Virus record (IMG/VR): IMGVR_UViG_3300031576_000001
Coordinates: 186,001 to 250,000 of that record
Length of the DNA: 64,000 bases
Reading direction: 5' to 3' (one strand)
Below are positions 1-10,246 of this stretch, piece after piece; position 1 is the stretch's first letter, and each line of letters begins with the position of its first letter. The notes under the pieces are model-generated. The model made no database searches. It was not told where the DNA came from and worked only from the letters and a program-made list of their open reading frames with translations. Both the position numbers and the translations under genes were made by a program.

Positions 1-66
1 TTCAGACTCAGAAAGTACACCGAGGTAGCCTCTTCGCCTGAGAGGGGGTAGCCTTAGCCTTTAGCC

Positions 67-663
67 ATGAGATACCGAGTCCTCCTTGCTGTTACCCTCT
101 TCGCCCCCACCGTGCTCGCCCAAGACCCTGTGCAAACCGAGAACCCCGCGGCTTGTACGTCGGACAGTGTTTGCATACCCAGGGAGGATCTAGCTGTTTT
201 CGTTCAACTTTTGAAAGAGCGGCAGTGCTTGGTACGCACCAAGCCTGAGATTACCCTCTCGCCCATCCCGCTGGTCATTGACCGACAGGGTAGAGTCTAC
301 GGAGAGACAAAGACCACCCTACTCATACAATGGTGTAACTTTGAGATTACAGGGGGTGGGCCCGTCAAGATTGACGTGGCGGTACAGGATGAGCCCGTGC
401 CCCCACCACCCAAGCCGTCCCTCTGGCAGCCCGCGCTAAGGCTAGGCGTGGGCTACACAGTGCAAGCCTCTTGGGATGCTTTCTTGCTAGTCTCCCCTCT
501 GGCGTACCGGGGCGTGAGTCTCAACGGTCACGCTGGGGTGCGCTCCATAGGTGGCGGTTTGGGCTACGGTGTAACCTCTTACGGAGGCTTTTACGCTGGG
601 TACAGCTACAGCTACGAGGGTAAGCACGGGGCTACGCTGGGCGTATACGGCCGGCTCTGGTTA
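67..663 (+). CDS. Secreted / outer-membrane protein with C-terminal beta-strands
   Basis: N-terminal signal peptide MRYRVLLAVTLFAPTVLAQ, Pro-rich linker, Gly/Tyr-rich amphipathic strands. Ends GATLGVYGRLW (beta-signal-like) at in-frame TTA 661-663; the standard-code end is 717. Confidence 0.6.
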
Positions 664-674
664 GTCCACCCCGC

Positions 675-1298
675 TAAGAGGGTGCTACCGACTAGAAAAG
701 CGTCTTCACCAAGGTAGCGCTCGTACAAGGCGCTTAGCTCGTCGCAGGTTTGCTGGACTTGACTCTGGTAACTCTCGTCGATGCGACAACCCCAGAGGTA
801 CAGCGACTTGTAGAGACCGTCCCTTGTCACGTTGTGGAGTGTGTTAGCCAGCGCTCCGTGCCCCAAGGAGTTACCAACCCCACCAAAACCGCGGGTAACC
901 CCCCTACCCAGCGTCAACTCGCAACGGTACACGGCACCCTCTTTGGTGACCGTCACTTTGGAACCCAGCCTGTCCCTATCGCCCTTAGCCCAGAGGGTAG
1001 CCAGACTTATCGCCAGGTGCTCCATCCCAGGCACGTTTCTCTTTTTGTCCAAGAGAACCCGTCGCAGTCTGTTCCATTGGCTTTCACTGATACGGTCGGA
1101 CCAGAAGTTGTCTGCATAAAACCTGTCCCCCAGGTGCTCAAGGAACGCCTCTCGGTAGGACGCCCCGTTGGTTTTCCGCACCGGACCCTCTGCAAACCGA
1201 GCCGTGAGCGAGAAAAGCCCGTTTCGTTCCTGGCAGGTTAGCTGCCAGTCCCTCTTGACGTTGTTTATCACGATGGCTGTGCTCAAGTAATCCAGCAT
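675..1298 (-). CDS. Hypothetical protein
   Basis: ORF 612..1316. ATG at 1298; the first in-frame TTA (675-677) removes the overlap with the convergent gene. Confidence 0.6.
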
Positions 1299-1339
1299 GG
1301 CGTGTGGGGTCTCCAAAAGGGGTTCTGCACGGCTTTGCC

Positions 1340-1657
1340 ATGGTGGTACACCTTTTCCCGGCAGCTAGGGCTGTGCAACGCCGTATCGTAGCAAGATGGG
1401 TAGACAAGGGCACGCGAAAGCTGTCACGAGAGGTATACCGTCGCATCGGGGAAGACCCGCAAAGCGCTCAGTACCTCTCCGGGCTTCTACGGCGTCAAGC
1501 TGGTGACGTAGTGTCACTCCCCCCCTACGACCCCGCCCCGTTCAAGGAGATCGTAGACACTTGCCTCATGGTGACTGACCGTGACCCGGCGCGACTAAGA
1601 GACCTTGGATCAGCCTTGGACAGCCTGGCGCAAGCTGGGGCTAAAGCTACCGGGTGA
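1340..1657 (+). CDS. Hypothetical protein with RIVARW leader-like motif
   Basis: ORF fills the gap between two minus-strand genes; N-terminal QRRIVARW resembles the RVAxRY motif. Confidence 0.5.
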   Translation: MVVHLFPAARAVQRRIVARWVDKGTRKLSREVYRRIGEDPQSAQYLSGLLRRQAGDVVSLPPYDPAPFKEIVDTCLMVTDRDPARLRDLGSALDSLAQAGAKATG

Positions 1658-1702
1658 CAGCGGTGACGGGTGACAGCACGGTTTGCGGTATCTGCCGCGA
1701 GC

Positions 1703-2911
1703 TAAGCTCCAGATGTAGCTGAGGAGCCGGAAGAACATGCGCGAGACAAAGCCCTCTTCCTCGACGGGGCTTGGCGTCACGGGCGAGGGGGCGTCGTACA
1801 CGACCGGGGGTTCCTCTTCGGGTTCAGTCTGGACGCTGGGTTCCGTGGTCGTCACGCTCGGGGCAACCAAGGTGACGTGGCTCACGTAGAGTTTGCCGTC
1901 CCTACGGACCTCTTTGTTGGACACGGCGGCACCGAGGCGGGTACCGATGATGTGCGGGTGCGTACCGAAATGTGACGCCATACCCTCGACCGTGCTACCC
2001 TTCTCGCCCAGCGTGGAGAGGTAGGCAACGAGGTCATTCTTGGTGGGCGTGGGGAGTACGACGCCCGGGAGGTGACAGACGCCCGACGTGACCACGATGG
2101 TGCCCTTTTCGGTCAACGATTGTACCGCCGAGAGGTAATCGTTGCCGCACACGCCGAGGACAGCGACCGAGGAAGGCTGCTTGGTGATGAGGTTAAGCAC
2201 GTTGCACTCCGTCTTGGTCATGACCGGCTCACCCTTCGGGTCCCTCGTCGGGCTGGCGACGGTGAGGGACCACAGTTTGCCCTCGACGGTGACCTGACCT
2301 TCACGCTGCATGGCTCGCAGTTCCGTGAGGACGACGGCGCGGGCGCGGTGGACGCACTTGTTGATCTGGATCACGGAGAGGGCGTATGGCTGCGCCATGG
2401 TCAGCGCTTCCGTGATCTTGGTACGGAGCCACGCTGGTTTGGTGGCCGCCTTGGGCGCAGAAGTCTTTGGGCTCACGGAAGGCGCCGGCTTCTTGGGTGC
2501 TTCGGGCTTCCAGCCGATCCGACCGTTCCGCACGAGGAGACCCTTCAAGACCAGCAGCGTGGTGGCGACATACCGCTGGCTCTGGGTCGCCAGGGGTGCC
2601 TTGTTGAGGACGCGCACCTTGCCACCCACCCAAGCCAGCACGGTCAGCTCGTTGGGGGTGAGGTAGGGGGCGGGTACCCGGTCACCCTTGCTGCGGTAGT
2701 ACTCGGCAAGTTGGTCCAGGGTACACTCTCCCTTCTCCCGCCTGCGGTGCGACACCCCGTCATAGGTGCAGGGGATGCCCTCCTTGTGGAGGTTGTAGAC
2801 GAGGGTGAGCAGCGGGGCGCTGTCCGCGATCAAGGTTACCGGCCTCTCCTGGGGGGGCGCCTCGGTCCCTGGGGTGATGTCGTGGATGATGTGTGTGCGG
2901 GGGTTGTCCAT
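1703..2911 (-). CDS. Hypothetical protein, probable tandem winged-helix DNA-binding domains
   Basis: Repeated wHTH-like units (e.g. LSVIQINKCVHRARAVVLTELRAMQREGQVTVEGKLW). ATG 2911 lies 11 nt from GGTGTA; ends at TTA 1703-1705 (standard end 1610). Confidence 0.55.
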
Positions 2912-2922
2912 GCCTTGTTCTG

Positions 2923-2949
2923 TACACCATCGCTCCATTAAAAGGTGTA
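2923..2949. promoter_or_regulatory. Back-to-back divergent GGTGTA promoter elements
   Basis: TACACC 2923-2928 is 11 nt from the minus-strand ATG 2911; GGTGTA 2944-2949 is 12 nt from ATG 2962. Confidence 0.6.
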
Positions 2950-2961
2950 GGTTACCCTGGC

Positions 2962-5900
2962 ATGACTGAGAAACCGTCCGTGTACGACAGGCTCAAGCTA
3001 GCCAGGCAAAACCCGCAGTTCAGCCTGAAACCTACCCCCACCCTCACTGTTGCTGTCACCCCTACTTGTGAGCAGAAAGCCGCCGTTACCCTTCGTCCGT
3101 ACCAAGCCGTGGGCGCCTATCACCTCTTGGTGCAACCACGGATGGTCCTCGGGGATTGCTGCGGCTCCGGCAAGTGCGTCACGGAGGACACCCTTCTCCG
3201 TACCGACCGGGGCTGGCTACCCATAGGGGCACTGGCACCCCCCCAAGAGGTAGACGAGGGATTTGCCTCGTTTACCCAGGTACCCCCCGCAGTCTTGGAC
3301 GGCATGAACCTGACCCCACCTAAGAGGTTCTACCACGGGGGACTACAGGCGTGCCTCACGGTCACGACCGCTTACGGTTACCGTGTCACTGGAACCAAGG
3401 CTCACCCCGTTCTGGTCTGGCGGGACGGCTCCCACCAGTTCGTACCCCTTGGGGAACTAGAGCCTACAACGGACTACCTCTGCGTGGATCGTACCCCCGT
3501 ACCCTTTCCCCCCGACCCGGCGCTACCTGCCCCGGTACAGAAGCACCTCCAGGCGCCGACGCACCTTGACCCGGATCTTGCCTCTCTCCTGGGTTTTTGC
3601 GTGGCAGAGGGACACCTGAACGGTACCAGTTTGCGCCTGCGCGTCTCCTCTCCTTTTAAGAGGGGTGTGGTAGCCAGGCTCATGGACCGCCTCTTTGGGT
3701 GGCGTGAGCCTGGCTACCACCCCCAAGAGATCCGAATCTGTCGCAGGGGCGTGGTCCGTTTCCTAGAGGCTTGTGGGTTGGATTTGACCTGTAATCAAGA
3801 CCGAGTGGTCCCCTGGTCTGTCTTGCAGGGGAGCCAGGCGTCGGTGTCTGCCTTCCTCGCTGCTATTTTCGAGGGTAAGGCCAGTATCAGCCCCGAGGGG
3901 AGGATTGAGCTACGTACCTCTTCGCGCCCGCTAGCTCAGACGTTGCAAGTGATGCTGCTAGGGTATGGCATTGTGTCGAGTCTGCGTGAGAAGACCGCCA
4001 TACACGCCAGCAAGTACAGCTTGAAGATCGGCGGACCCTCGTCGCGCATTTTCCGAGATGAAATTGGGTTTTTGTCCTTTGAGAAGCAAGACTACCTCCG
4101 GGCAAAGACCAACCGAGGGGAGCATTGCAACCGCGACCTTGTGCCTGGCTGCGAGGGGCGCCTCCCTGAGTTGGTCGCCCTTCTACGCGAGAGAGACCCC
4201 CAGTGGCTCAACAAGAACGTGGTACTCAGAACCCGTGTTCAAACGATAAAGACCGGGAAGAGTCACCCCTCTTATGCCTTCCTCGACCGATTCTTGGCTG
4301 AGTGCCGGGCTCATGGGTTGCAGGACACGGAAAGCTACATCGAGCTAGAGAGTCGGGTGGAGGCTCACTACTTCTACGACCGGATCGAGACGGTAACGCC
4401 GGGGACCGCGGACGTGGTGGACCTGGAAATGCCCGACCCGTGTCACTCCTTCGTGGGTAACGGGCTGGTGTGTCACAACACGGTGCAAACGGTGGCGGCG
4501 CTGTCTTACCTGTGGGACCGCCTAGAGCCCACCCACAAGGTCATCGTGGTCTGCCCCAAGTCCGCCCTCTACCAGTGGCAAAGTGAAGTCGCCAGGTTCA
4601 CAGCGGGCGTTACCGTGTACGTAGCCTCCGGTCCAAACCGCAAGAAAGCCTACGAGGCGTTCTTCTCTGCGGACCCTACCAAGAGCAAGTCTCTTTTGCT
4701 GGTAGGGTACGCCTCGCTAGCTCGGGACTGGCACCAAGGCGCAGGCTCCGTCAAGGTCAACGGTAAGCTCACGGTCACGCAGGGCTACCTGGAGGGTCTG
4801 GTCACCAAAGCCGTTACGGCTTACCCCCTCTCTTTGGTGCTTGATGAGTGTTTTGAGTACCACACCCCCGTCTTGCTCGCTGATGGCACAAAGCAGCTTA
4901 TTGGGCAGATCGCAACCAATAAGTTGGCTGTGCGTGTGCTGTCGTGGGACTTCAGTACAGGGCAAGTCGTACAAAAGAATGTGATCGGCTGGTACCGGCG
5001 TCCTCTGCACTCTAAAGGTTCACTGTTGCGTGTGGACTTTCGGTTTGCAGGTACAGTCAATGTTACAAAGAATCATAACTTCTACCGCACCAACGGAGAG
5101 AAAGTACCAGCGGTTAAACTTAAGGTGGGAACCAAAACCGCCGCCTATCTGTGCAACACCCCTTCCGACGTGCAAGCGCAAGTGGTGTACGGTGGACTCC
5201 TTGGGGATGCTTCAGTAGCAGGGCGAAAGACCCTGCTATGGGGGATCGTGTTTGGGCACAGCTCAAAACAAAAGGAGTACCTCCAGTTCAAGAAGACAGT
5301 TTTGCAAAGTCTGGGTGTGTCAGAGGACACGCACCACCAAACAGAGTACCAAACCGGAGAACAGCAAATGGTGCATTTCCGTTTGAACGGAAATGCCGCG
5401 ATAACCTCAAAGCTATGTGACGCAGGAATTTGGTCTCAGGATTGCAAAACCATAACTGCGTCATTCCTTGACATGGTGAACCCCTGGGGACTCGCTATCT
5501 GGTATGGGGACGACGGTAGCCTGTCCACATTTACTAGGTCGGATGGGAGTAAGCGCTACAACATAACCCTCCATACAGAGGGTTATCACCGGTTTGAGGT
5601 GGAATTGCTTGCAGGTTGGCTCCGGTGGCGATGGGGGGTGTCAGCGTTGGTGAAGATTAGAAAGAACAAGAGGTCTGCTTGCAAACCGTATTACGTGCTA
5701 TACTTGCCTCACGAAGCGGCTCAGAACTTTCTGAACTTGCTTCCTGGTGCCTTGCCTGGGGTAGCTTACAAGTTTCCTGGTAAGAAGGTCATCGATCCTG
5801 CAATTCTTGACTTGACCCCTAAAGCGTCAATTGTGGTGGATGAAGTGATTTCCGTCTCAACGTGCCTCCCCCCTGTTAACCCCAAGCTGAAGACACAGTT

Positions 5901-7050
5901 TGTTTACGACCTGGAGGTGGAGGGTACTCACAATTACTTTGCCAACGGCGCGCTTGTTTCCAACTGCACCGCTGTGAAGAACCCTCAGACCAAAACCCAT
6001 GAGGTCTGCAAGCAGCTAGCCGGACAAGCCAAGAGGGCTTACGGGTTGACGGCCACCCTCTTGCGCAACTCACTCATGGATGGGTACGGGATCTACAAGG
6101 TCATTCTCCCTGACCTCTTTCGCAACAAAACCCGGTTCATGGAGGACTATTGTGTAACCCGCACCATGTTTCTGGGGCGTAAGCAGGTGCCCCTCATCGT
6201 GGGGTACAAGAACCTCTCCGTATTTCGCAGCACGATTGACCCGTACTTTCTGGGGCGTCGCAAGGAGGACATATCCAAAGACCTACCCGTGCTCACCTCA
6301 CGCGATGTCGAGGTCACCCTGTCCAGCGAAGAGGCTACCAAGTACGACGAGGCGTTGACGGGCGTACTGGACTTGATGAGCGGGGAGCGCAGGGATTACA
6401 CGGAAACCGTGGCCATGACCTCTTTGCTTTACTGCCAGCAAATTGCTAACAGCCTGGCTCTCATTGACGCTGACCCTACAGGTTGCACGCTAGCGGTTTC
6501 CTCCAAAGAGGAGGCTCTCATTGACCTCTTGACCGAAGGGCTCGACGGAGAGAAGGTCATTGTGTACACCCGCTTTGAGAAGGGTATCGAGCGTCTACGC
6601 GCTCTCCTCCAGAAAGCCGGAGTCAAGACCACGCGCATCACGGGCAAGGAGAAAGACCACGAGAGGCAGAAGAACCGGCTAGCCTTCCAAGAGGGGGACA
6701 CGTCGGTCATTGTCATCACGGACGCCGCCAGCGAGGCACTTAACCTCCAAGCCGCTGCCGCCATGGTCTTCTTTGACTCCCCGTGGTCCTGGGGGCATCT
6801 CGTGCAGCTTATTGGCCGGATGGTGCGTATCGGTTCCCCTCACCGGGGGGTTGTGGTGTATCACCTCCTGGCTACGCTGCCTGGCAAGAAAAAGAAGACG
6901 ATTGACCATTACGTGGTAGACACGCTACGCCGCAAGAAAGGACTGATTGACCAAGTGATCGGGGAAGCTGCCGTGGGCGCCTTGGTTTTCGAGGGTGACA
7001 TGGGGGTCGTGCATGACCTCATGGGGAAGATCCGTGACGACAGCCTGTGA
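2962..7050 (+). CDS. SNF2-family helicase with two inteins
   Basis: LRPYQ, Walker A GDCCGSGK|T, VVCPKS, Walker B LVLDE|CT, LTATLLRN, C-terminal EALNLQAA and QLIGRMVRIG. Confidence 0.9.
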   Translation: MTEKPSVYDRLKLARQNPQFSLKPTPTLTVAVTPTCEQKAAVTLRPYQAVGAYHLLVQPRMVLGDCCGSGKCVTEDTLLRTDRGWLPIGALAPPQEVDEGFASFTQVPPAVLDGMNLTPPKRFYHGGLQACLTVTTAYGYRVTGTKAHPVLVWRDGSHQFVPLGELEPTTDYLCVDRTPVPFPPDPALPAPVQKHLQAPTHLDPDLASLLGFCVAEGHLNGTSLRLRVSSPFKRGVVARLMDRLFGWREPGYHPQEIRICRRGVVRFLEACGLDLTCNQDRVVPWSVLQGSQASVSAFLAAIFEGKASISPEGRIELRTSSRPLAQTLQVMLLGYGIVSSLREKTAIHASKYSLKIGGPSSRIFRDEIGFLSFEKQDYLRAKTNRGEHCNRDLVPGCEGRLPELVALLRERDPQWLNKNVVLRTRVQTIKTGKSHPSYAFLDRFLAECRAHGLQDTESYIELESRVEAHYFYDRIETVTPGTADVVDLEMPDPCHSFVGNGLVCHNTVQTVAALSYLWDRLEPTHKVIVVCPKSALYQWQSEVARFTAGVTVYVASGPNRKKAYEAFFSADPTKSKSLLLVGYASLARDWHQGAGSVKVNGKLTVTQGYLEGLVTKAVTAYPLSLVLDECFEYHTPVLLADGTKQLIGQIATNKLAVRVLSWDFSTGQVVQKNVIGWYRRPLHSKGSLLRVDFRFAGTVNVTKNHNFYRTNGEKVPAVKLKVGTKTAAYLCNTPSDVQAQVVYGGLLGDASVAGRKTLLWGIVFGHSSKQKEYLQFKKTVLQSLGVSEDTHHQTEYQTGEQQMVHFRLNGNAAITSKLCDAGIWSQDCKTITASFLDMVNPWGLAIWYGDDGSLSTFTRSDGSKRYNITLHTEGYHRFEVELLAGWLRWRWGVSALVKIRKNKRSACKPYYVLYLPHEAAQNFLNLLPGALPGVAYKFPGKKVIDPAILDLTPKASIVVDEVISVSTCLPPVNPKLKTQFVYDLEVEGTHNYFANGALVSNCTAVKNPQTKTHEVCKQLAGQAKRAYGLTATLLRNSLMDGYGIYKVILPDLFRNKTRFMEDYCVTRTMFLGRKQVPLIVGYKNLSVFRSTIDPYFLGRRKEDISKDLPVLTSRDVEVTLSSEEATKYDEALTGVLDLMSGERRDYTETVAMTSLLYCQQIANSLALIDADPTGCTLAVSSKEEALIDLLTEGLDGEKVIVYTRFEKGIERLRALLQKAGVKTTRITGKEKDHERQKNRLAFQEGDTSVIVITDAASEALNLQAAAAMVFFDSPWSWGHLVQLIGRMVRIGSPHRGVVVYHLLATLPGKKKKTIDHYVVDTLRRKKGLIDQVIGEAAVGALVFEGDMGVVHDLMGKIRDDSL
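3175..4479 (+). mobile_element. Intein 1 in helicase Walker A, LAGLIDADG-type endonuclease
   Basis: Starts CVTEDT after GSGK and ends VCHN before T; TKAHP block; LLGFCVAEGH and FLAAIFEGKA motifs. Confidence 0.9.
4849..5964 (+). mobile_element. Intein 2 in helicase Walker B, LAGLIDADG-type endonuclease
   Basis: Starts CFEYHT after LDE and ends LVSN before C; VYDLEVEGTHNYFANG, GGLLGDAS and LAIWYGDDGS; lower GC than flanks. Confidence 0.9.
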
Positions 7051-7822
7051 GCGTTGTAAAGGCACGGGTTTCATACCGGTCACCCCTGACCTGAGCAAGG
7101 AGTGCATTTGCGCGTACTCTCGCAGGGTAGAGAAGCACCTTGGGCTAGAGCTTGCCTCAGCCGCAAACCACCCCAACGGTCCCCTTTATCAGTACGAGGC
7201 GGGCGTAGTGACGGTGGACCGGACCCGGGACAACCTCATGCTCTCTGGGGCGTGGGAGGCTATTCTGCCGCACTTGAAGTGGTGCTTTCTGTGCAAGGGG
7301 CTGGGTTTTCGCTTCCTTGAGGTCACGGACGAGCGGATCAAGTCGGTATGGTTGGGCAGCGAGGCATACCACAAGAAACAAGCCAAGAAGCGGGAGGACG
7401 GGGACACCTATAACGGGCTAAGAGACCTCTTGGAGCCTCCCGACTTGGTGCTCTTGCGTTTGGGCTTTCTGGGTTATGCCAACGTGGCGATGCCGGGCGT
7501 GCTCAAGGAGTCCTTGCTTCTCCGGTACGCTCAGAAGAAGCCTACGTGGCTTGTAGAAGACCCCACGATAGCCCCCTTTGCGCCAGGGCACCACGCCTAC
7601 AGTGATGACGTGGGTACGTACATCGCACAGCACTTTCAGACGGTGACGTTCAAGGCTGCACGTACAACGCCCACGGAGATAACCCTCTCCGAGGCTAGCG
7701 CCAAGGTGTTTGACCGTCCTCTCCCACAGAGCCCACAACGCAAGCCCAAGGCACAGCCCACGGAAGACCTGGCGGATATGTCTCAGTTTGGTGGTGGCAG
7801 CAAGAAGAGGAAGTGGAAATGA
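7034..7822 (+). CDS. Zn-finger plus degenerate DnaC/IstB-like protein (putative helicase loader)
   Basis: CERCKGTG...ECIC N-terminus; NLMLSG and PDLVLLRLG fall at P-loop and Walker B positions without the catalytic residues; directly upstream of DnaB. Confidence 0.5.
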   Translation: MTTACERCKGTGFIPVTPDLSKECICAYSRRVEKHLGLELASAANHPNGPLYQYEAGVVTVDRTRDNLMLSGAWEAILPHLKWCFLCKGLGFRFLEVTDERIKSVWLGSEAYHKKQAKKREDGDTYNGLRDLLEPPDLVLLRLGFLGYANVAMPGVLKESLLLRYAQKKPTWLVEDPTIAPFAPGHHAYSDDVGTYIAQHFQTVTFKAARTTPTEITLSEASAKVFDRPLPQSPQRKPKAQPTEDLADMSQFGGGSKKRKWK

Positions 7823-9273
7823 AACGTCTTCTTCGTGGTGTGATCCGTTGGACGGCTGAAGAGACCTCCGCCGTAGTGACCCGGAACTACCGGGCGCTCA
7901 TGGAGTCGCGTATCAAGTGGGAGAGGCATGACGACGCGGCGCTCCTGGCCTATGTGACGCAGTATTACCGCTCACACCTTGAGGTTCCGGGGCTGCAATC
8001 GGTCACGGACTACTTTACCGCGTCCAACGACGTGGAAGTCATCGAGCGCCTCAAAGACCTTGGGTCCGCAGAGGTTTACCAGGGGAGCGCCTTTGATGAA
8101 TTGATTGCCCGTGTGCAAGAGGCTCAGATCAAGCAAGCCTCTCTGGCGCTGGTGGACACCACGCGAGCCATCATCACCAAGGGGGTCAAGATTGACAAGG
8201 AGGAGCTTCTTGGACCCACGGACGGTATCCGTTACTTTACCAGGGAGGCGCCTAACGTCATCATTGCCAGTCACGGTGCCAAGGTCAGGGGCAGCGTCAA
8301 GCAAGACGCACAAGAGGAGATCGACCGGTACTACCGTGCCAAGTATGACCCTAATGGCGCGTATGGCGCTCTCACCGGGCTTGTTGAAATGGACAAGATC
8401 ATCCACGGGGGCAAGAAGGGTGAGCTTTGGATACACGCGGCTTTTGTGGGGGGGCTCAAGTCTACTTTCGCTCGTAACTGGTGCTACCACCTGGCTACGC
8501 GGGCTGGTGCGAACAGCCTGTACTACTCGCTGGAAATGCCCTTTGAGCAGGTACAGACCCTCTTTTGTGTACTTCACACAACGCACGTCAAGTGGACCTC
8601 TCAGGGGCGCACCCCGCTTGCCTACGATAGCGTGAAGTACGGGTTGCTGACCCCAGAGGAGGAAGCCTTTTACGAAGAGGTTTGCCTTGACTGGAAAAAC
8701 AACCCGGAATACGGCGACGTTTTCATAGAGAGCCCAGATGAGATCGACGTTACCATAGAGGAGGTCAAGGCTACCGCGGAAGTCAGGCACCACGAGAACA
8801 AGCTAGCCATGTTGGTTCTTGACCACGGGGGGCTTATCAAGCCAAGGGTGCGCAACAAGGACTACGTGATCGAGTTCAACAGCGTGGTCAGGGACGCCAA
8901 GAAGCTAGCCCTCTCGTTCAACAAGGGCGAAAAGATATTCGTGCTTCTCCTGGCGCAGATAAACCGGGACGGTTACGACACGGCGGTAAAGAACGCCGGG
9001 CGCTATCAGCTACGGGCGCTAGGCTACGCCAACGAGCTAGAGCGCAGCGCCGACGAGGTAACCACCTCCTTCCTGGACGATGAGCACCGGAAGAACGGTA
9101 CGGCTTTCTTTGATCACTTGAAGCGCCGGGACGGTCAACTTTACCAACCGTTTACCGCACGGATCGACTTTGCCTCTCAGCGGCTCTACAACATGGAGCG
9201 CTTCGGTGGCGAGGATGGTCCCTCTTACGACGATAACCGTAGCGTGCTGGACCTCGTACTGGGGGGCGTGTTA
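7819..9273 (+). CDS. dnaB: Replicative DNA helicase, DnaB family
   Basis: GELWIHAAFVGGLKST (Walker A variant), YSLEM, LVLDH, LLAQINR, ELERSAD. First in-frame TTA at 9271-9273 (standard end 9378). Confidence 0.85.
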
Positions 9274-9323
9274 GTTCAGATGGGCAGGCCAGAGACACTC
9301 CCAATCAAGAGGACACTACCTTT

Positions 9324-9869
9324 ATGCCCATGCCCCCCTGGATTACAGCCCGCGTTGAACGTGCCAGAGAGGTCGTAACCGCCTTTGACCTCCTCTCCCG
9401 GTACGGTGTCACACTGCCTAGAGGGTATGATTCCACCCAGCAGATACCGTGTCCGTTTCACGGGGACAAGAGGCCATCCTGTAGGGTGTATGACAGCACG
9501 GCGGGGCAACCGTCGCATGTTTGGTGCTACGTGTGCAATGAGCGCTGGGATGTTATCCGCCTGTTCAGCAAGTTTGAGAACATAGAGAGCGACAAGTTTA
9601 CCCGGGTGCTCACCCTCTTGGAGAAGGCATTTGACTTGCCCCCCTTGCCGGAGGGCGCAGGGGTCAAGCCCGAGAAGGAGCTAACCCCTTACGAGAAGCT
9701 ACTGCCCAAGGTGGAGCTAAGGCTGTCTTTCTTCCGGGGGGAGGTAGACGCTGCCCAGTTTATGGGGCTTGTTGACGCCTTGGACGAGGCAATCCACGTC
9801 GGGGAGACCGCGGGTCACCAAGAGGGGGAGGTACAGCTACAGCACGTCCTAGACCTCTTGAGGGTCTTA
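9324..9869 (+). CDS. CHC2 zinc-finger protein (primase Zn-binding domain only)
   Basis: CPFHGDKRPS...WCYVC, no TOPRIM domain. Ends at TTA 9867-9869, 2 nt before the next GTG. Confidence 0.75.
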
Positions 9870-9871
9870 CC

Positions 9872-10246
9872 GTGCGCGCAGTCACGCTACCTGTAAAGGA
9901 GAGGGGTGGCGACGTGAAGTTTGCCTTGCTGCCCTGTGCCACCACCCTGCCGCCCTCTTGGCTAGCGCTGGTGACCCTTGTGCCCGAAGAGGTCTGGAAT
10001 CATGCGCTGTATGGGTACACGGAGCCCTTGAACAAGCTGCTAGGGCGGGCTCCGCTGGTTTGCTTGCGCAAGGTACCCGAGCAAAGGTGCGACAAGAGGG
10101 GGGCTTGCGCAATGCACGACCCTAATGTGTGCCTAGCCCGGCACGATGCTCGTCCTTGGTGCTTTGAGGTCTCCGCCTACCCTGGGGCTACTGAGGTTTT
10201 GAAGGCGTGGTCAGAGGGGGTGTATGTGCTACTGCTCACCCCATGA
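9872..10246 (+). CDS. Cys-rich hypothetical protein
   Basis: ORF in the replication operon; ATGA overlap with the polymerase start. Confidence 0.6.
   Translation: MRAVTLPVKERGGDVKFALLPCATTLPPSWLALVTLVPEEVWNHALYGYTEPLNKLLGRAPLVCLRKVPEQRCDKRGACAMHDPNVCLARHDARPWCFEVSAYPGATEVLKAWSEGVYVLLLTP

Noticed and set aside
2072-2941. Long antisense ORFs (2072..2941, 7972..8793, 11778..12542, 37473..38150 and similar)
   Set aside because: Shadow ORFs opposite well-supported genes in GC-rich DNA, with no recognisable motifs.
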